Part shown: positions 1-10,993 of the stretch, one piece after another | Position numbering within the stretch: position 1 is the first letter of the stretch | How the letters are laid out: each line of letters starts with the position of its first letter | From: Camelus dromedarius | Taxonomy: Eukaryota | Assembly: GCF_036321535.1 (NCBI RefSeq) | Contig: NC_087436.1 | Coordinates: forward strand, 72,666,001 to 72,730,000 | Length of the DNA: 64,000 nt | Direction of reading: 5' to 3' | Made by a program: the position numbers and the translations under genes | Notes under the pieces: model-generated | The model's database searches: none | Seen by the model: only the letters and a program-made list of their open reading frames with translations | Told to the model about the DNA's origin: nothing

Positions 1-1330
1 TAATAGGGAAAAAATGACTGCTTAGCAAATACTGTAGAGAAAAGAGTCTCAGAACGTGGAGAAGAATAAAATTGGAGGATTACCTTATATCATAGTCAAA
101 GGTGAATCTCATGAAGATTAAATATCCAAATGTGAAATATAACACTGTAAAGTTAATACAAAATGATGCAGGAAAATATCCTTGTGAGTTAAGATTGAGG
201 AAGGATTTAAGTAAAACCTCACAATTAAAAACAATGCAGAGAAAAATGAACTATTTTTTTGATTACGTCAAAATTAGGAAGTTTGGTTAAAAGAAGAATG
301 TCATGGACAAATTTTACAGACAGTTGACAGAATGGAGAACTATGCAATGTCTAATGCCAAAAAGGGATTATGATATGTAAGGAATGACACAAAAATCAAC
401 ATGAAAATGCAGGACCTTCAGCTTAAAAGGGGGAAAGTTTATGAGCAAGGAATTCCTAGAATGTGAAACCTAAGTGAGTAACAACCATGTTATTTGGACT
501 AGTACTGTCCCAGATGTTGCTTTGCTGAGAATTAGCAAAAGTCAGCCTTTCCTCCAGACAGCTATTGTCCCAGGCCAGGCCAGGACACACAGCGTGGGTA
601 TGGGCTGGAGCTCAGCTCCCACTCGCATTCTTGATTGGATGCTCTTTTGTAAGTACCTTGCACTCATCTGTATATCATGGCCCTGAATATAAAGAAATGT
701 TCAAACTTACTGGAAATGGCAGAAATACAAATCAAAAACACAATAGAATATCTCTTTATGCCTGTCAGATTTGCAAAAATAGAAAGATGAATAATTTTTG
801 CAGAAGCTTGTGGACATAGAGACCCTTAAACATTACTGGTTGGAGGTTAGCCTAGAACTGCCATTTGGGTAGTACTTAATCAAATTAAAAATAAATATGT
901 CCTATTACCCAGAGTGAACATATTCCTAAGACATATAGGCCCACAAAGGGACGTGCATGAGGATGTTCACTGCTGTGTTGTTTATGATAGTGGAGAATTA
1001 GACGTAATCTAGCTGTTGACTACCTAATAAGGCAAAATCAAATGTGGTGGGTACACACTGCAGAACACAATGCAGCCATTAGAAACAAATGAGGTACACT
1101 CATAGTAGTATAGGCAGATTTTGTTTTAAACATAAAATTTTTAAAAGGTAGTGCTGAAGCAGATACGACATAAACTAAGACAATTTACAATTCCTTACTT
1201 TAATTAAATACACATTTTACAAATGTCACAAATTATATTAATTAAATAACACTTGTGTTTATTAAATATAAAAACTCACGTAATATATTAGAATGGTTGT
1301 AACAGTGAGGGAAAGGTGACCAATAGGAGT
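1..1330 (+). mobile_element. Old, degraded L1 (L1M-type) ORF2 3' end and 3'UTR remnant, interrupted at about 491-690
   Basis: Degenerate L1 ORF2 motifs such as aaatgttcaaacttactggaaatggcagaaatacaaatcaaaaacacaatag and aggatgttcactgctgtgttgtttatgatagtgg. Many stops. Confidence 0.7.
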
Positions 1331-1469
1331 TGGGAAGTTGTGGGGAAGGTATTAAGAATTAACTAATTAAAACAATGGGAGGTCTAACTGAGAAGCATAT
1401 TTAATTCAGTCCTGTGCACCCAAGTTCAAGAAAAAAAAAAGAAACTGAAAAAAATATGCATAAAACGAT

Positions 1470-1980
1470 GATAGGTGAAGGTAATAAATATGAGACTTAA
1501 ATTATGATTAAATTATGGGGTTGAGGGAGGGTTGCTGTAGACCAGATAGAAGGCCTCACTGAGGAGATGTCACTTAGTTGGTACTTGAAGGTCGAGAAAG
1601 GACCAGTCTGAGAAGAGAGGTAAGATAAGGCTGGAGGAAAGTATGAGGCCCCTTGAGGTGCTGTGATGAGGAGAGAGGGAGGGAGGGAAACTAGGCCAAA
1701 TCTTCCACAGGCCACTGGTGTTTAGACCCTTGTGTGAGTGCAGTGGGGAGTTTGACTTAAAAGTGGAAAGTCTCACAATCTGATTAACGTACTGTGTTGC
1801 TATGTGGAGAATGAACTAGAGGAGAAGGACGGAGAGGGGGCAGATTGATTGCTGAGGTGACTCAAGTCTTTCAGTGGGTCAGGCAAGGGATAAAAGTAAA
1901 TTGAAACAGGATAGTAGTGGCACTGGCAACAGAGAGAGATAAGAAACTTGGAAGAACATGAAGGACTTAGCTTGCAGGAG
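1470..1980 (-). mobile_element. L2 LINE fragment
   Basis: Antisense L2 3' region motif gaaggcctcactgaggagatgtcactt...ttgaagg; purine-rich. Confidence 0.6.
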
Positions 1981-2127
1981 AGAGAATTGGGGGAAATAAA
2001 GGCTCTAGTTAAATCTTTAACCTTATCTATTCAAAAGTAGAATTACTCTGTTACACCAGAGAAAATAAAGTGTTTCTGTTGTTTCAGTTCTTAAGGGTTG
2101 ATTTTGTTCAATGTAAGTAAGAAATAC

Positions 2128-2217
2128 CTGAGAACAACCTAACAGTAGACTTTGCTGCAACTCCATTTCTGAATTCTCTGTTAATGAAAACATGTAAGCC
2201 AAGAATATGTCTGAATC
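2128..2217 (-). other. Candidate 90-nt internal exon
   Basis: Minus strand reads cttgactgcttattccctcctgccag|GATTCAG...TTCTCAG|gtattt. Splice signals only. Confidence 0.3.
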
Positions 2218-2639
2218 CTGGCAGGAGGGAATAAGCAGTCAAGTGAAATCTGTATAGTATGGAGAGTTTGGGCCAACTGACCATTACGGTGGTTTCCAGT
2301 GTTAAGCAGCATTCCTCTAAATACTTCATCAGCATATATCTGTTATTTAAGAAAAAAATTATCATACTTTTCATACTGCTTTAAAAATTTCACTTAAAAT
2401 ATATTATAAATATCTCTCCCATATCATTAAATATTATTCTATAATATTACTTTTAATGGTGTAGAGTATCCCATACCTTGAGCATGGCAAGGATAATTTT
2501 GAAAGTGGGATGGAGGGACACAGTATAGGAAAGACTTTCTGAATAAAATGTATGACATATGCTATAAAATTGTATGGAGAGGAGAACAATGTTCAAAGGA
2601 CTCTTACTGGGCAAACTCCAAAGCCCCAGCATATAAGAA

Positions 2640-2870
2640 CTAACTTTATTTAGGGCTTAAAATGTGTCAAATGAGGTTGAAGCACTTTGCATGTATAAAT
2701 TTATTTATTCCTTACAACAATCCAATTAGGTATTAACTGCCCATATGACACATGGAGATACTAAAGCATAGAGTTTTAGTAACTTGTTCAAAGTCACACA
2801 AATGATAGATATGGAAATGAAATGCAGGTGTCAGGCTCTCTTGCTCTCATAACTACCATGCTGTGCTATC
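2640..2870 (-). mobile_element. MIR SINE
   Basis: Antisense MIR core taacttgttcaaagtcacaca and tail-like tttattccttacaacaatcc. Confidence 0.7.
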
Positions 2871-3064
2871 TTAGGTATGATATTGGAAGGGGTAGAGGAC
2901 AGACATTAGCAGTCTTCACCTATGGTAAGTGCAAAAGTTATGCTTAGAAGCAATTCCACAGAGCTCAACAACAAGTAGATTGTGAGTGACATACATCACA
3001 TTTCCTGTTAGCCAGGAACCCTAGTCCCACATCGCATTTCCACAGATGCAAGGTGACTTCCTTC

Positions 3065-3156
3065 TTTTTTTTTTTTTTTGATGGAGGTACTGGGGATTGA
3101 ACCCAGAACCTCATGCATGCTAAGCACACGCTCTACCACTGAGATTTACCCACTGC
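3065..3156 (-). mobile_element. Short tRNA-derived SINE (camelid Vic-1-like)
   Basis: Minus strand reads ctcagtggtagagcgtgtgcttagcatgcatgaggttctgggttcaatccccagtacctccatc followed by A15, with A and B boxes. TSD-like tgacttcc at 3054 and 3157. Confidence 0.85.
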
Positions 3157-3654
3157 TGACTTCCCCTTAATATCAGAATATTTCCACTTTCTCCTTTCCC
3201 CTTTTTGATTCTCCTGCAAATAAGATGACTTATTTACTTGGTGAATTAGAAATAGGTAAAAATCCATTGACCCTTGGTTATCAGAAGGATGGTCATCGGC
3301 TTGCAAAGACAAAGATCCTGGACCTGCCTGCCTCTAGTCTCTTCCTTCTCCTTGGATAACTGTGAGCAAGCAGGCTGACTTCAGTTTCTCTGCCTGTAAG
3401 TAGGTGGGTAGGTCAGGTGAGTCCACATTGTTAGTCCTGCCTTCAGCTCAGTAAAGAGGAAGTGGAAGCCCTGTGTGAGGGTCAGATCCTGCTGCCATTG
3501 TTGAGTCCAGGTTTACCATCGTTTACCGTTAATTCTCTGAGCACAGTTTGGCTACCTTTTTCTATTTTCAGCTGTTTAGGGCTTGCAGGGAGGAGGAGAG
3601 AATGATTGAAACTCCTAATCTCTAGCCATTCTGGCTTGCTGATTTTTTTTTTAT

Positions 3655-3830
3655 TATAGGGCTAACCGTGGGACTGTTTGGCATCACAAAATCTTGTGAA
3701 AATAAATGAAAGTTTCCCCACCCTTCATACTTATTTATTGTTTCCAATTATAGGGGGCTATGTACTCCTTGAAGTCCATTCTTTAACCACACAAGAGTCC
3801 ATGGGTCAGGATTAAGAAATTCTGGATTTA
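3655..3830. mobile_element. Degraded hAT-Charlie-type MITE
   Basis: End gtccatgggtcaggattaagaaattctg resembles a Charlie-derived MITE terminus. Confidence 0.35.
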
Positions 3831-4432
3831 AATGTTTTGAAATGTCCTATGTCCCTTGATTATTCTTCTAACTCTCTAATGCACTCAATAGTTGTTTGGT
3901 ATTCTCAAAAACTCAGCTCTAATTCTAGGGGTTTGTAAGCAAATAAAAACTCTTTTAACCCTAGCCCTAACCCTTCTGGCAAACATCAGAATGCTTGGTG
4001 GAACCACAAGAAGCAAGTTTCTCCATGTATAGGGAGAAGATTGGAGGAAATTTCCAAGACTAGGGAAAAAAATAAATGAGTTTAGCAGTTTAGAGTATCA
4101 AAAAAGGGATAAAGCAGAGGAGGAAATGAATACAGAAAGATGGTCAGGACAAGAACGGTGCTGGACTTGGGAGCCACAAGGAAGCTCTTCCTTACACTAT
4201 CGAAAATATACAAAGTACCTTGCTGAGAAAAATAACAGGGTTGGGCAAACAACCAAAGATCAGGAGGGCTGACTTGAACCCTTTTTAGGCCTAAAACAAA
4301 GGCCTTTTGAGAGTCTGTATAAATTAGTGAATTCTTTCTACACCTTCGCTTCTCCTTCTCTATTCATTTGGTGCATATCCTTTCTAGGTAGGGAAAATTC
4401 CTGAACTCTCTTTTTTTATATTTTTATTGCAG

Positions 4433-4561
4433 GATTCTCATTTTGAAGGCTGAAAATTTGGTGAAAGTCATACTTCACTGTTCAGAAAATAACTGGAAGC
4501 AAAGCCAGAGTGAACTTAAGAATAATCTTATTGCTTATACAGATTTGGTGCTTCATAAAAG
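4433..4561 (+). other. Candidate 129-nt exon
   Basis: ctctctttttttatatttttattgcag|GATTC...AAAAG|gtattc; one open frame with phase 2-2. Confidence 0.25.
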
Positions 4562-5454
4562 GTATTCTACATTACATGAGTTTAGCATCGTACATTCACA
4601 GGAACATAGCATGAACATTCATACACACAGCAATTAGTGGGGATATTTTATTTCAGAAATCTTAATGTGTGCTGCAGAGTAAGGCACTGTATACCTCTGT
4701 GATCCTTACCCATAAAGGGAGAGCACACATCAGTGAGGGCCTTATTTCAGGACACTGGCTCCTAAGGACTCTACTATACCACCCATGTGAGTGTAGACCC
4801 TTTAATACCCCCACTGCTTAGACATTAATCATTTAATCAATCAATCATTAATTAATTAAAACAAGTAATTAATTCAAAACAGTCTGAGATTCCAAGAATG
4901 GCCTGAAATCAGTGATGAATTAATTTTCAGGTATTTCTCTTAGTCAAAGGCCATCTGTGAGTGATTTGGCGGCCTGCCTCCAGGGTTTCCCCAAGGGCCA
5001 TTTCAGGCACATGACTCATTCCCGAGAGGCTTTTAGAACCAATAGCCTCAGTGCTACAGACAAAGGCTGGAGATGTGTCTCACTAAATAGCCTTCATTTA
5101 AAAGGGAGCAGATAATTGGCCAGGATTTGATTGGAGACAAATCATGGACAAGGGAAAAAAGTAATACCTAATTCAATCCCAGTCAGCTGATTCTGTCGCT
5201 CAAGCCCCCAGAGGATTTCACGGAGTCCAAGCAGCTGACTGTGCTGGACCACCAAAGGCATAGCGCTAACGTGCTCAAGTAGCACATGTGCTCACTGAAA
5301 CAGCCAGTGTACTGAGAAGGGCCTTTAAGGAGCCTGTGTCCACTACAGATCAGGACTGGACCTGCTGTGTGATTTTGTCTTTGTCTTTTTTGCATGCCAT
5401 TCTCCTTCATTTATAAAGATTCAGGCCCCTCCACTGAGAGAAGCTAATCTATCC

Positions 5455-7635
5455 TAAAAAATATTATGAACATAATAAAGGCCATATATGACAAACCCAC
5501 AGCTACCATCATACTCAATGGTGAAAAGCTGAAAGCATTTCCTCCAAGATCAAGAACAAGACAAGGATGCCCACTCTTGCAACATTTGTTCAGCAGAGTT
5601 TTGGAAGTCTTAATCACAGCAACCAGAGAAGAAAAGGAAATAAAAGGAATCCAAATTGGAAAACAAGAAGTAAAACTCACTGTTTGCAGATAATATGTTG
5701 TTATATATAGAAAATCCTAACGGTGCTACCAGAAAACTACTGGAGCTCATCAATAAATTCAATAAAGTTGCTGGATACAAAATTAATTTACAGAAATCTC
5801 TTGCATTTCTATACACTAACAATGAAGTATCAGAAAGAGAGATTAAGGAAACAATCCCTCTTATGATAGCATCAGAAGGAATAAAATACCCAGGAATAAA
5901 CCTACCTAAAAAGGCAAAAGATCTATACTCTGAAGCTGTAAGATGTTGATGAAAAAGAAATTGAAGATGACACAAGCAGATGGAAAGATATATTGTGTTC
6001 TTGGATTGAAAGAACCAATATTGTTAAAATGACCATACTACCCAAAGCAATATACAGTTTCAATGCAATCTCTGTCAAATTACTGAAGATGTTTTTCACA
6101 GAAATAGAACAAATTTTTTTTAAAAGATTTGTATGGAAACACAAAAGACCCCAAATAGCCAAAACAATCATGAGAAAGAAGAATGGAGCTGGAGGAATGA
6201 CACTCCCTGACTTCAGACTATACCACAAAGCTACAGTTATCAAAGCAGCATGGCACTGGCACAAAAACAGACACATAGATCAATGGAACAGGATAGAAAG
6301 CACAAAAATAAACCCACACACTTATGATCTATTACTCTATGACAAAGGAGGCAATATACAATGGAGTTTCTTCAATAAGTAGTGCTGGAAAAACTGGACA
6401 GCTACATGTAAAAGACTGAAATTGGAACATTCTCTAACACCATACACAAAAATAAACTCAAAATGGATTAAAGACCTAAATGTAAGACTGGATACTATAA
6501 AACTCCTCGAGGAAAACATAGGCAGAACACTCTTTGACATAAATCACAGCAATATTTTTTTGGCTCCGTCTCCTAGAGTGATGAAAATCAAAACAAAAAT
6601 AAACAAATGGGACCTAATAAAACTTCAAAGCTTTTGCACAAAAATGAAAATTATAGGCAAAATGAAAAGATATCCCATGGAATGGGAGAAAATATTTACA
6701 AACAGTCCTACCAATAATTTCCAAAATATACAAATAACTCACACAACTCAGTATCAAACAAACAAACAAACAACCAGTCAATAAATGGGCAAAGACTTAA
6801 ATAGACATTTCTCCAAAGAACCTATACAGATGGCCATCAGGCACAGGGGAAAAAATGCTCAATATGGTTATTTATTAGAGAAGTGAAAATCAAAACCACA
6901 ATGAGGTATCACCTTACACCAATCAGAAGGCTATCATTAAAAAGTCTAAAATAAGTGCTGAAGAGAATGTGGAGAAAAAGGAACCCTCCTATACTGTTGG
7001 TGGGAATGTAAATTGGTGCAGCCACTAAGGAGGACAGTATGGAGGTTCCTTAAAGAACTAAAAATAGAGTTACCATACAATTTTGCATTCCCACTCCTAG
7101 GCATATATCCAAAGAAAACTAATTTGAAAAGACACATGCACCTCAATGTTCATAACACCTATTTACAGTAGCCAGCACATGGAAACAAACTAAATGTCCA
7201 TCATCAGATTAATGGATAAATAAGATGTGGTTTATATATGGAATATGAACATTTAGGTTTACATTTAAGTCTTTAATCCAGTACAGTGGACTACTACTCA
7301 GCCATAAAAAATGAAATAATGCCATTTGAAGCAACAAGGATGGACCTAGAGATTATGGTATTAAGTGAAGTAAGTCAGAGAAAGATAAATATCATATGAT
7401 ATCACTTAAATGTGGAAACTAAAATAATGATATAAATGAGCCTATTTACAAAACAGAAATAGACTCACAGACATAGAAAACAAACCATGGTTATCAAAGG
7501 GGATAGCAGGGTGAGGGGAGAGATAAATTAGGAGTTTGAGATTAACATATGCACACTACTATACATAAAATAGATAAACAATAAGGACCTACTGTATAGC
7601 ACAGGAAACTATATTCAATAAAAAATACTACGAAC
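5455..7635 (+). mobile_element. 5'-truncated L1 (ORF2 RT to C-terminus plus partial 3'UTR), frameshifted, including 17-bp TSDs
   Basis: ORF pieces [25 protein letters not shown]...RQGCPL, LYIENP...[39 protein letters not shown] and LTPYTKINSKWIKDLN are L1 ORF2. TSDs at 5455-5471 and 7619-7635. Confidence 0.95.
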
Positions 7636-8179
7636 TTTGCTGACAGGAATGCTGGAAAGACCGTGGTACCCTGAGCCAGGGGACTTGGTCCTGGTAAACA
7701 GACTCTTCGGCTTTTTAAGAGCTGTAGGACCTTAGGCAGGTATCTCAACGCTCAACCTTGGCCTCAGCTGAAAACAAGGCCCTTAACAAGGCCCTTAGAA
7801 CAGCTGTCCATGACTTCTTTTCTAGTACTGAAATGGTTCCTTGGGCACAAGCCACGATTGGTTATTACTCACAAAGGACTCATAAAATTTTAGAAAATGT
7901 AGCTAAAATTTTCATAGTTAATCAAGTCCTCCACTCCTTTCCAAAAGGCAATTCCTAAAAGCTATGTAAGTTAGAATTTTTTATTTTATGAAGCTGGGGG
8001 GTGACTCTTTCCTATAGGATTCAGAAGGGTGCCCAGAATCCATAGTACATACCCAATACATTTTATTTTTAATGTATGAGTATACGAATAAATGAGGGCT
8101 CTTTAACTCATGTAGAGGGAACAAATGACTTCTCTACAATGTGAAATATGTTACAATGAAATTTTGCTGCAGTTGGGTT

Positions 8180-8340
8180 GACAGTGAAATATAGTGAAAT
8201 GTGCACTCGATTTGCCATTTGAAGCCCCAGGTATGAGGCCTGAATGGCGTTTGACAAAGCAGGTGGCTTTTCTAAAACTCAATTTTCTCACTTACAAATT
8301 GCGATTAATAACAACACCCACCCTATATACCATACAGAAT
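8180..8340 (+). mobile_element. MIR SINE fragment
   Basis: Degenerate MIR core ctcaattttctcacttacaaattgcgattaataac. Confidence 0.5.
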
Positions 8341-8681
8341 TCTGACAAAAATTATGTAATATCTGAAAACTGTTTACAAAAATAGTATCATTAAAAGATT
8401 AAACATCATAAACCCTGAACAGTATGATTATTAGTGGTAATGTATTACTTCCCCTTATATTTCTTTCAATATTATTTATTTGTTATTTCACTAGTAAGCC
8501 ACTTTAACTCATAAATTAAGAAAAAAAATTTTCTATGAATGTTTATCTGTTGTTTCCAAACAAAATATAAATGATTACTTCTCTAACACATATTTTAATC
8601 TAATGAATAATGTATATGAGCATATTATGATGACATTAATATTCTATTTCCTAGAGGCTTCTTGAGGACCTTTAAAACACC

Positions 8682-8940
8682 AATCCTTAATCCCTTATCT
8701 GTAAATGCCAAGTCTAAAACTCTCCAAAAACAACTTTTTGTTGCTTTTATTTATTTCAGTAAATGAGAACATTTACTCATTTCATGGCAAACATATCAAG
8801 GAGTATAATATCTCATGTGGCCCAGTCCAACTGAGATATTATAAAATCTATAGGATATGTAAGGTACTACCTTTCTCAAACCAGAAAAATTCTAAGTTTC
8901 ATAGCACATTTGGTTTCAAAAGGGATTATTGGCCTATGCT
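8682..8940. mobile_element. TcMar-Tigger-type MITE (MER46-like)
   Basis: Inverted ends taatcccttatctg ... aagggatta, with internal aaattctaagtttcatagcacatttgg. Confidence 0.45.
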
Positions 8941-9574
8941 ATCATAAAAAAGGATGAAAGCATAACAATAGCAGCTCAAGGACACTGGAGACTGATTTTT
9001 TCCCTTGGAAATACATCAGAACTTAACTACTATAGTCCATGTTGGCCTGCTGGGAAGCTCTATTCTTAGCCCATTAATACTCAAACTTCCCACTGAAATT
9101 GCCCTTAGGGACTGCATCACATTCCTTTAAAAGTCCTCAGTGATGGCAAATCTTCATTTTCTAGCATGGATTACGTTCTTGGAAGCAATCCAAAACATTG
9201 AAAAGAAAATCTAATGAATAAAGTGGGCATTTAAGCTGAGCAATATGTTGTCATTCTTATTGTTATTGTTATAAAAATATTTATCTGGGTATAGGGACAT
9301 TGGTAAGGTGAAAGCCAATAAAATAGGTCGTAATTAAACACAAGTTTTCACAACCCACAGAGTCTCTGGGAGTTGATAATCTCTATTTTATAAGACTAAG
9401 TGTCTATTAGATTTTATTGAATAAATTCTCCATAAGCAATAGAATCATGAAAAGATAAACATAAAACATTGTTACTTGAATATGATAGCTATGGTGCTTT
9501 GGAATGACAGAATTTTCTATGGCAAAATTTATCTATTTGCTCCTGATTTATAGTGAAAATTTTGCTTTCAGACA

Positions 9575-10330
9575 TGACTTAGTAACAAATGCTGGACTTT
9601 TCTTCATGATGTTAACAAATAGAAAACAAGAAATGAAAAATTAAACAACTCTTTTCAGACCACGGACAACAGACAGTGCAAAAGAAAAGAAGAGCAAACT
9701 AGGTGGGCTTTACTATTATCCTCAATTTATGCCTAGAGGTACTTTCTGTGCCCTAGAACACAGAGAGGAGAGGAAATCTAAGCAGAGCACGGAGGTCTCA
9801 CTACGTTGAGAAAACCAATTTGTGTACAGGGTGACAGAGACAGCTGAAATGTGTGTGGCTGGTGAGCCATACAGATGAAACATATGCAGAGAAAGAGGTG
9901 CAGAAATCTGCATGGAGGTCTCAAACTTTTGATTAATATTAAGCTTTGCATAATTAGGGTAAAATTCACAAGGCCATGTAAGGAACAACTAACTACTGAA
10001 TATCTGTTAGTGGAAAATTCCCAGGGCCTCGACAGATGTAGAAGATGTTTAACTTCATACCATCCATTGTGGAAAGACCTTGCTGACAAATGAGACATTC
10101 AGTAGAGTCTTTGCTAGAATCATGTCTTATCACTAGACTAGAGGTTACTCTAAACAGACCCAAAAAAGCTTAAGAACAAGTTAAAAAAGCATCAAGTTGA
10201 TCTGAACTAATGTAGCTCTATACCAAAAAGAAAAAAAAAAAGAAATTAATGAAGACAACGAAATACAGACACTCAGCAATATAATATTAAAATGTCTAGC
10301 ATCTAGTCAAAACTTTCTGGACATCAAAAA
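9575..10330 (+). mobile_element. Old L1M 5' region remnant
   Basis: A-rich degenerate sequence resembling ancient L1 5'UTR and the lead-in to ORF1. Confidence 0.4.
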
Positions 10331-10443
10331 CAGCATTATTTTCCTCAACTTCCAATGGAAAAAAAAAAGTGTCTTTTTTTTAAGTCTGTTTATTATTTAT
10401 AAATTGACTCTTCCTTCTAGTCAAACTTTCCTTCAGAATAAGC

Positions 10444-10503
10444 CTTTATCTTAAGCTAAAATGAACTCTTTAGCTTTATCTTAAACTAAAATGAACTCTT
10501 TAG
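10444..10503. repeat. Tandem duplication, 2 x 30 bp
   Basis: ctttatcttaa(g/a)ctaaaatgaactctttag repeated, 29/30 identical. Confidence 0.95.
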
Positions 10504-10527
10504 CTGTCTTACAGTTAATGGTCCATT

Positions 10528-10993
10528 TGTTATGGAACTCAGGTATGGCTGCTTGCTATTCAAAAATTGATATTCAAGAGAGGCAACATTGATAGAAAGG
10601 AAAGTTGCTTTTAATCAGAATGCCAACAATTTGGGGAGATGGTGGACTCTGTGTCCCCCAGAAACCATCTCTGAAGATTCTGCTCAGCATGAAAGTTTTA
10701 AAGGGAAAAGGGGAAGTAATCTCAATTAATCATTGAGACAGTGGGTCAGAGACATCACCTTCCCCCTCTGCATGCAGGCTTGCCAACTTCTAGTTATCTT
10801 TTCTTTAGATGCAATCCTGTTTACATAGTTTGTTCATGAGATTATTGAAGGGAAGCTAGGGGAGAGATCTTGTTAATTGCTTATTCTCCATCTCTACTTC
10901 TTTGATCTATGGAAAAAACCCAACAAGTTAGGCAAGTGACCAGACAAATGGAGCCTCCTTCAAAGAGTTCTTTCCTGCCAAAATCTGCTTACA
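10528..10993 (-). mobile_element. Solo ERV LTR (ERV1-like)
   Basis: TG...CA ends (tgttatgg...tgcttaca), ATTAAA poly(A) signal on the minus strand, and 4-bp flanks catt/tatt as a probable TSD. Confidence 0.75.

Noticed and set aside
3065..3156. Possible tRNA gene
   Set aside because: The A tail and TSD mark it as a SINE retroposition.
5444..7146. Cluster of ORFs on both strands
   Set aside because: Frameshifted L1 ORF2 fragments and their antisense shadows, not a host gene.
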